Assembly (NCBI RefSeq): GCF_027921745.1 | Contig: NC_079239.1 | Span: 186,001-250,000, forward strand | DNA length: 64,000 nt | DNA from: Schizosaccharomyces osmophilus | Taxonomy: Eukaryota | Direction of reading: 5' to 3' | In this document: one piece after another, positions 47,845 to 57,914 of the stretch | Numbering within the stretch: position 1 is the stretch's first letter | Layout of the letters: the number at the start of each line of letters is the position of its first letter | Position numbers and translations under genes: made by a program | Notes under the pieces: model-generated | The model's input: the letters and a program-made list of their open reading frames with translations, nothing else | The model's database searches: none | Told to the model about the DNA's origin: nothing

Positions 47845-48384
47845 TTAGTTGCTGCCACCAAGTTGTTCAAGAACTGCTTCAATTTGGTCACCATCTTCCA
47901 TATCAAGCTGTAGAATGTTAGACTCATAATCAAAAGCTATACCGTTTTTGCATACCTCCGCTGGAGTTTGATCAGGTCGAATCCGCTCACCATCAACCAA
48001 GAAACGCAAACTGTTCATGGTTTTACCTTGACGAGCACAATAAATTTTCATAAGTTTACTAAACTCTGTGGTTTTCTTAATTTTAAAAAACACCTCATTG
48101 TTGTCCTACACCGATAAATGAGTTAGCGTCCATTATTATGTTCGTTTGACTTTAAGAATTTTAAAACAAGGCTAAAATAATCACCACAGAGGTGTATGCG
48201 TTCTTCACGAAAGAAACATAGTAGCTCATCTCTGTATATTCAATATTTCTCTTACCTGTCCTACAACCTTGAGGTTAATGTGTTCGGTCGATGGTTTCAC
48301 ATCTTGTTGAGAAGGCTCGCCGCCAGCGGGAGTAATTACTCCATTATCAATACCAGATACATTCGAGGATGGTGAATCGGACAT
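47845..48384 (-). CDS. pmt3: SUMO precursor, 3 exons
   Basis: Exons 48384-48256, 48105-47956 and 47907-47845. [20 protein letters not shown]...[10 protein letters not shown]...QLGG-SN; 113 aa. Confidence 0.95.
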
Positions 48385-49009
48385 CTTGTGAACCCTTTGC
48401 TTTTTTCCAAGTGAAAAGGACGACGAGGGTTTATATTGGACAAAGGTTTTTACGGTGTCTACAGTATTTCATCCGCGTTTTTGCCTCGCTTCAAGCGCGG
48501 TCGATAACCCATGCTACATATCCTTATATATATTTTATGTAGTCGTAAAGCGACCTAATTGTGTTTAACGAATATTTGCGTGTGCTCTTTTAGGACAGGC
48601 CTGGGGCGTATTTTGAAGTGAATTAAGAATACTTGATTTGTCTAATTTCTTAGTCTTTTTTTTATTTTTCTTATGGATCAAATTCTATTAGATAAAACCT
48701 TTTCGACCTGCGTTGTATCAGGCAAGAACGTATAGTGCCACTAGTATAATGTGTTATATGTAAGGTATTTAGTACCTAGCAAAAGCATACACCAAAAGTT
48801 AAAAAGGAAAGTCGGGCCATTGAGGGATACAATCGCTTTCGTTTGTAATTTTTTTATTAATATCTTACTGATTCGTAAAGAGTTTCAAAGTGATACAACG
48901 TTCAAGCACTTATATGTTCATTGAGCAAACAGGATTGCCTGACTAATTAGACTGGAAACGAATCATTACGAAGCAGGTACCCATTACTTAATTTATTTAG
49001 ACATTCATC

Positions 49010-50188
49010 ATGTCTTATATGAACAACACATTTCAATCCAATTATGATTATTCGAATGATAATAATTTTATGTCGACCGACATTGGACCTTCCATGCGGG
49101 AGTTAAAGGTACAAAACCGACGCAGTAGGCCAATGGATAATCCAGGTGCAGACAATCCATATATACCCAAATTCATTTCGACAGCTCCATGGTATGCGCA
49201 AGACGAACAAGCTGTAGAAAGGTTGGCACATCAACGTCTAGGAAAGAAAGAACCACCTAGTGGTGGACGTTCTTCTGTCGAGGAATCGTGGTACGTCCGT
49301 GGTAAAAGAGCTGGACCTGCTGCGACTAAATACAGGAAAGGCGCCTGTGAGAACTGTGGTGCCATGAGTCACAAACTTAAAGATTGCATGGAGCGACCAC
49401 GGAAGCGCGGTGCCCGGTGGACTGGAAAAGACATTAAAGCAGACGAACTTATTCAAGACGTTGATGTCAGCTGGGACGCCAAACGTGACCGATGGAATGG
49501 TTTTGACGCTAGTGATTATAAAAAGGTGATTGACCGATATGAAAAGATCGACGCTTTACAAAAGAAACACAACACTACAGAAAATCAAACGGAAGAGATT
49601 AGTGAATCCGGAAAAAATACACCTTCATCTACAAAAGAGGAAGAATCCAATGGTGGAACAAACTCTGGCGTAACAACTCCGAGTTTGCGTATGCGTGAAG
49701 ATGTAGTTGGTTATTTACGTACCGACAATAAAGGTCTTCAGTACGAACCTAAATCGAGGTCTATGCGCGACACCACTGGGTCTCATCTATTAAGCGATTC
49801 CATAAATGGATCTGGTTTCACGAAAGCTTCCGGAGGAGATAAGGACGACTTTGAAAAACTGCAGACGTTTGCATGGGAAGCTGAAAAAGGTGGCAATCAT
49901 ATGCATGTAGTGGCCAATCCAACAGCCGGTGAGATGGAGTATCGAAAGAATCGCCAGTCGAAAGCTGCTAATCAAAAACAAATTGAACAAAGTATTCTGG
50001 AAAAATATGGAGATGGTACGGCAAAGAGGAAACGGCCGGCAGGACCGTCTTTTCCATCCAACGGTTCGTTGGATTCTATTTCTAATCGACAGGCCGCCTC
50101 GAAAGAGGATGATGCCTCCCAACCAGGTTTAAAGAGAGAGAAACCAACCAGCGCAGAGAACGTTACTATCCTCGAAGATGATTTGTAA
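49010..50188 (+). CDS. slu7: Pre-mRNA splicing factor Slu7
   Basis: NPYIPKFISTAPWY, zinc knuckle CENCGAMSHKLKDC, WDAKRDRWNG, LRMRED. Confidence 0.94.
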   Translation: MSYMNNTFQSNYDYSNDNNFMSTDIGPSMRELKVQNRRSRPMDNPGADNPYIPKFISTAPWYAQDEQAVERLAHQRLGKKEPPSGGRSSVEESWYVRGKRAGPAATKYRKGACENCGAMSHKLKDCMERPRKRGARWTGKDIKADELIQDVDVSWDAKRDRWNGFDASDYKKVIDRYEKIDALQKKHNTTENQTEEISESGKNTPSSTKEEESNGGTNSGVTTPSLRMREDVVGYLRTDNKGLQYEPKSRSMRDTTGSHLLSDSINGSGFTKASGGDKDDFEKLQTFAWEAEKGGNHMHVVANPTAGEMEYRKNRQSKAANQKQIEQSILEKYGDGTAKRKRPAGPSFPSNGSLDSISNRQAASKEDDASQPGLKREKPTSAENVTILEDDL

Positions 50189-50372
50189 AATACATGACTC
50201 TTCAATTAAAAAGCAAAACTTAATTTACTTTTAGCATTCTTATTCTATAGTTTTTTGTTTTTCGTTTTGCATGGTTGCTCTTTATCTCGTTATTGTGCTT
50301 AGCGAGAATTAACACACTGAAATTGGACTAGGTCAATTTGAAAATAAGAGAAACTGATTTTTTACAGGAACC

Positions 50373-51089
50373 ATGTCAACAAAAGTACCTAAAAAGAAGT
50401 TAAAATCTTTAGAGTATCGATCAAAAAAGTTTTCCAAAAAATCAAAAACACTCGAAGATCATGAAAAAGAGGTAGAAGATCGTGCTCGTGCTCAAGAGCA
50501 AAAATTGAACAAGAAAGCCCAAGATGAAGAGGCACCTAAGGTCTCTGAAGCCAAGACGAACGAAAAGGATAAGAAAGAGAAGAAGCGTTCATTAGAAGAA
50601 GAGTCGGAGTCGACCAAAGAAAAACCCAAAAAGCAAAAATCAGACAAGAAGGAAAAGCGGGTTATTTTGTTTGTTGGTAATCTGCCAAAGGACTCGGACG
50701 TAGAAACATTGCAAGAACATTTTAAACGAGCTGGACAGATGCCTCGAGTACGAATTCCTACAGAGAAGGGAACAGGTCGACAACGGGGTTATGCATTCGT
50801 GGAATTTATTAATCCTCATCACGAAGTAGCATCCAAGGCCCTAAAGTTTCACCACACAATGTATAAAGATCGAAAGATTAACATTGAATTGACTGCTGGT
50901 GGAGGAGGAAAAACTGAGTCTCGGATGAATAAAATAAAGGAGAAAAATAAAAAATGGACTGAAGAACGCAGGGAGCGTGTTGCCAACGAAGAGAAGAAGG
51001 CAAGGGAAGTTAGAGGTTCTAAAGATGCCATCGTTCAAGAAGGTGTGCAGACCGGTATTCATCCTGATCGTTTACACATGTTAAAGTAA
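50373..51089 (+). CDS. Nucleolar RRM protein (Nop6-like, ribosome biogenesis)
   Basis: Lys/Glu-rich N-terminus; RRM LFVGNLP/RGYAFVEF; RKINIELTAGGGG; C-terminal GIHPDR. Confidence 0.8.
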   Translation: MSTKVPKKKLKSLEYRSKKFSKKSKTLEDHEKEVEDRARAQEQKLNKKAQDEEAPKVSEAKTNEKDKKEKKRSLEEESESTKEKPKKQKSDKKEKRVILFVGNLPKDSDVETLQEHFKRAGQMPRVRIPTEKGTGRQRGYAFVEFINPHHEVASKALKFHHTMYKDRKINIELTAGGGGKTESRMNKIKEKNKKWTEERRERVANEEKKAREVRGSKDAIVQEGVQTGIHPDRLHMLK

Positions 51090-51527
51090 AAACTCTGCAA
51101 ACTAACAAGAAATGAAAGGGAATCCTTTTGTAATGGAATTTTAATCATGGAATTGGAAATTTAGTGTATAATCTAATGTAAAGGATACGGTGGTTCTGGT
51201 TACAATTTAATTTGTTTATTTTTTAAAGTTCAAGATTTTGTTTCAGTAATTCATTCATTTAGCTTCCTATCCTGTAAATCAGTCTTCAGTTTTCATTGCT
51301 ATAAGTTGTACCCTTACGAGTGATTTGCTATAATATAATATCTTATTCTATTGTAAAGGTATTATTATAAACCTCTCGGCCCTTGGAAGAAGAAACGAAA
51401 AAATTTCACATGAAGAGAAAAATATTATTTTTCAAAAATATAAAACTTTTTTCTAATGGTTTTGTTTTTATTTTTCAAGTCTATTTGGGCAACATGCTAT
51501 TTTCGCACACAAAACTTTGGTTTGGTT

Positions 51528-51535
51528 CGTGACTG
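51528..51535. promoter_or_regulatory. Homol D box of ribosomal protein gene promoter
   Basis: CGTGACTG (rc CAGTCACG) about 80 bp upstream of the rpl21 ATG, matching the fission-yeast Homol D core CAGTCAC(A/G). Confidence 0.7.
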
Positions 51536-51611
51536 CTTTTTTGGTACCAAACATTTCCGGTAGACAAGGTGGAAATTACCAACCCATAATTTTCCTCCAA
51601 CAGGACGCAAC

Positions 51612-52094
51612 ATGCCTCACTCATTCGGTCTCAGAGCTCGTACCCGTTACACTTTCCAACGTGGATTCAGAGAGCATGGTCAAATTCGTTTGTCCACCTA
51701 CTTGAAGACCTACAAGGTTGGTGACATTGTCGACATTAAAGCAAATGGTGCCGTCCAAAAGGGTATGCCTCACAAGTACTACCATGGTAAGACCGGTATC
51801 GTTTACAACGTTACTCAATCTTCCGTCGGTGTCTTGATCTACAAGATTGTTGGCAACCGTTACATGGAGAAGCGCGTCAACGTCCGTATTGAGCACGTTA
51901 AGCACTCTAAGTGCCGTCAAGATTTCTTGAACCGTGTCAAGCTCAACGAGCAAAAGCGTAAGGAGGCTAAGACTGAAGGTAAGACTGTCCAACTCCGTCG
52001 TCAACCTACTCCTCCCGTCAAGGCCCACTTTGTTGCTACTGAGCAAAACAAGCCCATCACTCTTCACCCTGCTCCTTATGATACTTTCATCTAA
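51612..52094 (+). CDS. rpl21: 60S ribosomal protein L21 (eL21)
   Basis: [13 protein letters not shown]...[14 protein letters not shown]...[10 protein letters not shown]; strong codon bias. Confidence 0.97.
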   Translation: MPHSFGLRARTRYTFQRGFREHGQIRLSTYLKTYKVGDIVDIKANGAVQKGMPHKYYHGKTGIVYNVTQSSVGVLIYKIVGNRYMEKRVNVRIEHVKHSKCRQDFLNRVKLNEQKRKEAKTEGKTVQLRRQPTPPVKAHFVATEQNKPITLHPAPYDTFI

Positions 52095-52975
52095 TCAGGA
52101 CGGCTTTATTTGTTGTAGGAGAATGGTTTAAAAAATTTTTGCTTAACATTATGCTCAAAAGTGAGTGACTTGTAAGAATTTGTAGAGGCAACATACAGTA
52201 AGCAAAGACTCAGTAAAGTTGTTGCTTGTAGAGTAACGTGGTAAGCAAGGGACGCATAAACCCATTGTGTTTGTTTTTCCACGTCAGTGAAGTCGATCAA
52301 AATGAGCCAGTTTGAAAACATCTGCAATGATGGAAAGGATGCATGAGCCTTTGGTTCGCAATTGAAACAAATACGTGCTTTGTGAAGCCTTTGAATTTAG
52401 GTGAATGGCAAACTTTATACTTTTCATGGTAAATAGGTCGAGTACTGGAATGCCGGAGACAATGAAACTTGGGTCGTCTACATCAAACGTATCATGAATT
52501 TCTTAGTTGTTCACTTATTATGTTGCGTGTAATAGCTTCAAGTAGTTGTATACGGTGAGCATAACATCCATTTTCAAATCCGCCAAACATAGTTTGTTGC
52601 ATTAGTTCCTAAAAGAAATTCGTAAATCTATAAATTAAATCTTGCTAATCTTTCTTAAGCTTCAGGTATCTCTTCTTCCTTTTAAGCAACTTGTTTTTAG
52701 AAATATAGATTTGGCAAATGGGTGCTTAAAAAATTCATCTACTACTCAGAATAATAATTCCCTCTTTCAGGTTTCTTAAATTTTCAGAATAATTATGGAA
52801 TTATCACCTCTTCAACTGCTGCTGCAGATTTACTTTCAGTTAGCTACCAAATCTCCCTCATTTCTCCATCTACTAAACACCTTTACTTTTCAACATTCTC
52901 CAACTGCTATGAGGTAGGAGACAAACCGCATAAATTGGATTTATTTAAAAAGAAAATTGAATCTTTTTTGTATTT

Positions 52976-54106
52976 ATGTTGAATTCATTCAGCCATTGGC
53001 CGTACAAATCATGCTTTTCTGCGCGGTCGAGCTGGAGAAGGTTCTTTAGTCAAAATGTAGTCCCTATAAGACCTTTAAGCCGATCTTTTTTCTTTAAAAA
53101 GAATTATAGATACAATTCTGTACCCTTTTCTCCTCCGAGCTCACCTGATCCCCAAGTTCTGAACTTTTTACAGAAGCGTATTCAATCGGCTCCTCGCTTC
53201 CCCAAGCCAAGTGCTCTGCTAGAACTTGGAAAACCAAGACTAACTATTTTGGTTGTTTTAACAACTATGTCTTCTTATGCCTTGGCTCCATATCCCGGTC
53301 TTTCCTTCGGTACTCTTGTGTGGTTAACTATGGGTACTGCTCTTTGCAGTGTAAGTGCGAACGCGTTTAACCAGTGTATGGAGCCAACTCTTGACTGTCA
53401 GATGGCACGTACCCGGGGGCGTCCAATACCTCGTGGTGCTGTCCGTCCTGAATATGGCTGGTTGTTTGCTTCTACCACAGGAATATTGGGGTCTTCGATG
53501 TCTTTTCTTGTAAATCCAACAGTCGGTTGGCTAGGTTTGGCGAATATAGTACTCTATATGGGGGTCTATACACCTTTAAAGCGTATTTCAATCCTCAATA
53601 CATGGGTCGGATCAATTGTAGGTGCGTTGCCTCCGTTAATGGGGTGGGCAGCTTGCTCTGGGGGTGATCTTTCCCATGCTGGTGCATTCTTTACAGCCGC
53701 TATTCTCTTTGCTTGGCAATTTCCACACTTCAATGCCTTTTCTACTATGGTTGCTGATGATTATAAGCGGTGTGGTTACCAAATGGCATCGTGGAAAAGA
53801 CCTGCGTTGAATGCTCGAGTTGCTTTACGTTATTCTTTGCTGTTTCTTCCATTAAGTTACGGATTTGTTTGGTCTGGAATCGTCAATCCTTCCTATATGG
53901 TCGGTGCTTCAGCAGCCAATCTATATTTAATTGCAAAAGCTTGGCAATTTTACAGAAACCCTTATAAAACGAATGCCCGATCATTATTTTTTGCAAGTTT
54001 GCTACATCTACCTTTAATTTTTATCTTAACTTTAGGAAGCCACATGTTTAAAGTATGGAAAGACTCTGAAAGGATAGAACCCGACAACTCATCATCTGGT
54101 GATTAA
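52976..54106 (+). CDS. cox10: Protoheme IX farnesyltransferase (heme O synthase)
   Basis: Arg/Ser-rich presequence; ELGKPRL; ANAFNQ..E..D..M.RT; YTPLKR; WQFPHF. Confidence 0.95.
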   Translation: MLNSFSHWPYKSCFSARSSWRRFFSQNVVPIRPLSRSFFFKKNYRYNSVPFSPPSSPDPQVLNFLQKRIQSAPRFPKPSALLELGKPRLTILVVLTTMSSYALAPYPGLSFGTLVWLTMGTALCSVSANAFNQCMEPTLDCQMARTRGRPIPRGAVRPEYGWLFASTTGILGSSMSFLVNPTVGWLGLANIVLYMGVYTPLKRISILNTWVGSIVGALPPLMGWAACSGGDLSHAGAFFTAAILFAWQFPHFNAFSTMVADDYKRCGYQMASWKRPALNARVALRYSLLFLPLSYGFVWSGIVNPSYMVGASAANLYLIAKAWQFYRNPYKTNARSLFFASLLHLPLIFILTLGSHMFKVWKDSERIEPDNSSSGD

Positions 54107-54474
54107 ATACCACTCATTTTCATCCATGATTAAAAAAGAAAGCTATAATGTTGTATATCTCCTCTTTGTTATCAATTTTACAGTAATAAAATTTCTTAAA
54201 CCAGCATGCTCGTTTACCTTGGGTTTTTTTTGTTTGCTTTGGGTATAAATAGAAAATAAGTGCATTATTTGAAATCAAATCGCTGGCGGAACTGGTTGTA
54301 CGGAAAGATAATATGCAAGATTTCCTTTTTCACAATTCTTAGTAATACATTTGTAGAAGCTTTAAGTAGGATGTAAGAAGGCACACGAATGTTCGTCGGC
54401 GAGGGAATCCAAAAGGATATGGACTTTAAAAAGAGCTGGTATAGCCGAATAGATGGAGGGAATTGGTAGCAATC

Positions 54475-55542
54475 TTAAACCTTTGACCAGTCGACTTTAC
54501 CCTTAGGATCAATGAGACCAAGTCGCTGATAAATGTTGGGAGGACGGAGGGAGAGACCCTCACGCCAAAGTTGCTTGCACTTTGACTTGACTTGCATACG
54601 TTTTTCTTCAAGATCTTTCTCGTTGGGCTTGCCTGAAGAGTAAAGCCATTCTCTTGTAAGGCTGATAAACTCTTTAGAAGCTTCGATGTATTTTGCATCC
54701 AAAGCGGCAAGCTGCTCTTTGCTGCCAGTACCAGCAGGCTCTGGTGGTGCATTATCGTAAATTTTTGTTTCATCAAATTGGCCTTGCATAGAATGCGGAA
54801 TATATTTATTGTCAAGGTAATCTTTGACTTGATAGGGCTTACAGAAAACAATTTTTTTGCGCACTTCTGGGTCTAAAAAGTACTTGCCAATACTCCAAAC
54901 GCCCTCAAACAATGCCATTCGAAAACCAGAACCGACAACCAAAGCCTGACCCAAAATTTCTGGATAATAGTTTTGAAAGGTCTCAGCGAAAACCTTGGCA
55001 AATTCCAAGTCGATGTTTTTCCTAGAGAAATAGGTTAAGTCGACTAAGCCCAAAACGCCTTTGGAAGGATTTTGTTCAGAGTCCAAAAATAAGCGAGCGT
55101 TTTCCATGGCATAAAGGATAAGAGCCTTCAGTTCGTCCATGTTTTTTGCGTCTTTAGGAGGAATGAAGTTGTGAAGGTTTAAGAAAACGATTGGCCGTCC
55201 AGATCTATCTTGACCCCAAATAAAGTACATGGAAGCTTTGACATAGTCTTGATTTAATTCTTTTTCACCGCGCAACATAACGCCACGTAAATCGACTTGA
55301 TGTCTCCAACGAATAGCATTGGTTAGCATACTGGCAGCATCGTTGACATTGAACTTCCGGGCTTTTAAGAAACGAAGAAGGGTCAAGTCAAAATCGTCAA
55401 AGGCACACTGTTCAAAAAAACTGGTGTACACTTGATCTTCGGATTCGAAAGCAGATTTGAACTCGGGTTGTTCGATTTCTGCGAAAACCTTGGACCAAGT
55501 CGTTTGGATAACTTGTCGGTTGTCGCTTGAAACTGCAGCCAT
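54475..55542 (-). CDS. CRAL-TRIO/Sec14-family lipid transfer protein
   Basis: Start at ATG 55542 (MAAVSS); LLRFLKARKFNV, GQDRSGRPIV, QNYYPEILG; 355 aa. Confidence 0.88.
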   Translation of the reverse strand: MAAVSSDNRQVIQTTWSKVFAEIEQPEFKSAFESEDQVYTSFFEQCAFDDFDLTLLRFLKARKFNVNDAASMLTNAIRWRHQVDLRGVMLRGEKELNQDYVKASMYFIWGQDRSGRPIVFLNLHNFIPPKDAKNMDELKALILYAMENARLFLDSEQNPSKGVLGLVDLTYFSRKNIDLEFAKVFAETFQNYYPEILGQALVVGSGFRMALFEGVWSIGKYFLDPEVRKKIVFCKPYQVKDYLDNKYIPHSMQGQFDETKIYDNAPPEPAGTGSKEQLAALDAKYIEASKEFISLTREWLYSSGKPNEKDLEEKRMQVKSKCKQLWREGLSLRPPNIYQRLGLIDPKGKVDWSKV

Positions 55543-55963
55543 ATTTGCTAGCAAAATACGATGGTAGTTTTGTTCCACGGAAGAGTATGAACCAAAAACC
55601 TAGTAAATAATTCCAATGGTTTTGATTCGCAAAACCGTATAGGAGAGGAAAGAAAGAAAAGGAATGGAAGGATGCTCAAAAAATGAATGTGATTTAAGCG
55701 GATTTTTTGGGGGTCGCAAATCTGCTGATTATATTCACAGAAACTATGTCAATCTGCTCAATACTTTTCAAGAGCCTTGTGAATGCCGATTTGTTACACT
55801 ACAATATACAATATTTATAAAGAAACTGTATTTGGAGGGCTGTTTCCCAAAAAGCGAAATTATGGTAAAGGGAAAACGTTATGAGGGAGGACCCTGGGAT
55901 GACTTCGCTTTCCTTTTGGTAGGAGTAGCTTCTATCCCCAACGAGTGTGAATAACTCTGAAAA

Positions 55964-56083
55964 TATTTACTTCGAAACGAAGTAACGTAAACAAACATTT
56001 TAGTTGGGTAACAAGGCCTTCGCTTAAAGAAAAGCTGTATTTTGATTTATATTTATGTATGTATGTATGTATGTAAATAAACA
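55964..56083. promoter_or_regulatory. Forkhead/FLEX site cluster upstream of Sec14-like gene
   Basis: TATTTAC 55964, GTAAACAAACA 55987-55997, GTAAATAAACA 56073-56083. Confidence 0.5.
56054..56073. repeat. (TATG)5 microsatellite
   Basis: Read directly from the sequence. Confidence 0.8.
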
Positions 56084-56328
56084 AATCAGAAAACAAAACA
56101 AAAGGCTTGAGGATGTGAATGACAGGAAACTAATGGTTTCAAGATGGAAACTTGTCGAAAAGGACTAGCAGAGCTGGTTCAAGAGTCTAAGAGAAAATTC
56201 AAACCTGGGTTCGGTTCATTCTATTCCTGTTTGATAGAAGAAGAAGAAACAGGAGCTAGGCTGAAGGACTGTAGATATTTTTGTTGCTCTCTAATGTAAG
56301 CTTGTGAAAGAGTCGCATGACTGTTGGT

Positions 56329-56353
56329 TTGTAGATTGTAGATTGTAGATTGT
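56329..56353. repeat. (TTGTAGA)3 short tandem repeat
   Basis: Read directly from the sequence. Confidence 0.7.
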
Positions 56354-57184
56354 CGGTTGTCAATTCTTTCTATGCTTCATTTTTCATTATGGAGTTTGGT
56401 CAGCATACGATGGCAATCATATAGGATAGGATTCCATCATACTGGATCATCCAATTCGCGGTTTCCTTCTCGTTCACAACTAGTAATCCAACGAGTGCAA
56501 GGAATGAGTCTCCCCTTTCCATGTAGAATCCTTCTATGAAACTTTTCACACCGAGTCTTCAAATTTACACACTTTGAATGATAGATGCAGAAACATCATA
56601 ACTTTTAGGAACACCTAAGCAAGGCATCCTCTGCCTGCTTTCGAGTCCACAGAAAGGCAAGTCAAGGAGACAATTCTATTGCTTTTACTCGCGGGTCATC
56701 CGTTTCTTTTCAGTTACGAATTCTTCTCTTCAGGTTTGCCAGCTTGCTTCTCTCTCCATGAAAAGGATCTTGTTCCTCGTCGACTTTCGCATGAATGACA
56801 TTCGCCATGCTCTCCAGATCGATCTTTCCATTCGTGAGCTGATTGCACATTGACGCGAATTTTCGTACACAACTGTCAGTGTTTCTTTTTTTTTCGTTTC
56901 TGTTCAACCGAACCATCTTGCCATTGATACGTAATCCATACGTCTAGAAATTCTTTAACGTGTCCTTATAAACTGGATCCTTCTCTTACGCTTCTACCAA
57001 TATTTTACTTTTGATATTTTCTGCTTTCTACCTTGTTTGGTTTGCTTTGTACTACCTTTAGAAAAAAAAAACATTTTTTATTGAATTCGAAAAATCAATT
57101 GATATTCTTCAGTCTTGTTGATTGTGGTTTTCTTCAGTTTTTCTTGATTTTATTGAATTGCTTTCATCTTTTTTTAGAAAAATA

Positions 57185-57853
57185 ATGGCTTTCCATCCTG
57201 CTCTTATTATCGTAGACGTGCAAAACGATTTTATTACACCAGGCTTCACCGGCCACATTCCTGGTGCTACCAAGATCCTTCCTTTCATCAATCAACTTTT
57301 GGACGGAAGTTACAAATGGGACTATATCGTTGCCACAAAAGATTTACATCCTGCTGATCATGTATCGTTTCGTGCCTCGCATGGACCTACTGTGATACCC
57401 AAAGGAACCGTCATCGATGTTCATGCTTACGGAAAAACATACAGACAACAATTATGGTCAACTCACTGTGTGAATGGCACTGTAGGCGCCGAATTTCATC
57501 CAGACCTGAATATGGACAAGGTAGATTACATCCTTCCAAAAGGAATGGATACCCTTGTAGAGTCCTATTCTGGGTTTTACGATGTTATCGGAAGGGACAA
57601 TGGTCTAAAGAAAATTCTCGACGACCGTAACATTACTCATGTGTTTGTGGTTGGCGTTGCTGGTGATATATGCGTTCGTGATACAGCTCTTCATGCAAGG
57701 GAACATTATAGTACATATGTTATAAATGATGGAATCTTCATGTCTACTGCAGAAGCCGGTCAAATTACCTTGCGTGAGTTTGACGATGCGGGAATCTCAG
57801 TAATAAAGATAAATGATCCAATGCTGGAGTCTGTAAAAAATCGTACTAAATGA
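57185..57853 (+). CDS. pnc1: Nicotinamidase (isochorismatase family)
   Basis: Start at ATG 57185. ALIIVDVQNDF, TKDLHPADH, WSTHCV, KG....ESYSGF and GVAGDICV (catalytic D/K/C). Confidence 0.93.
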   Translation: MAFHPALIIVDVQNDFITPGFTGHIPGATKILPFINQLLDGSYKWDYIVATKDLHPADHVSFRASHGPTVIPKGTVIDVHAYGKTYRQQLWSTHCVNGTVGAEFHPDLNMDKVDYILPKGMDTLVESYSGFYDVIGRDNGLKKILDDRNITHVFVVGVAGDICVRDTALHAREHYSTYVINDGIFMSTAEAGQITLREFDDAGISVIKINDPMLESVKNRTK

Positions 57854-57914
57854 TTCTTGCTTTATATCCTAACAACATATCATCCCTTCAATATAGCTCT
57901 TATTTTCTTCCTCT

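Noticed and set aside
51621..52067. 148-aa ORF antisense to rpl21
   Set aside because: Typical antisense open frame of a highly codon-biased gene.
52106..52590. Short minus-strand open frames between rpl21 and cox10
   Set aside because: No convincing start or splice combination joins them; no recognisable product and no snoRNA box pair.
54475..54486. Sec14-like protein ends in SKV (PTS1-like)
   Set aside because: Non-canonical tripeptide with no supporting evidence.
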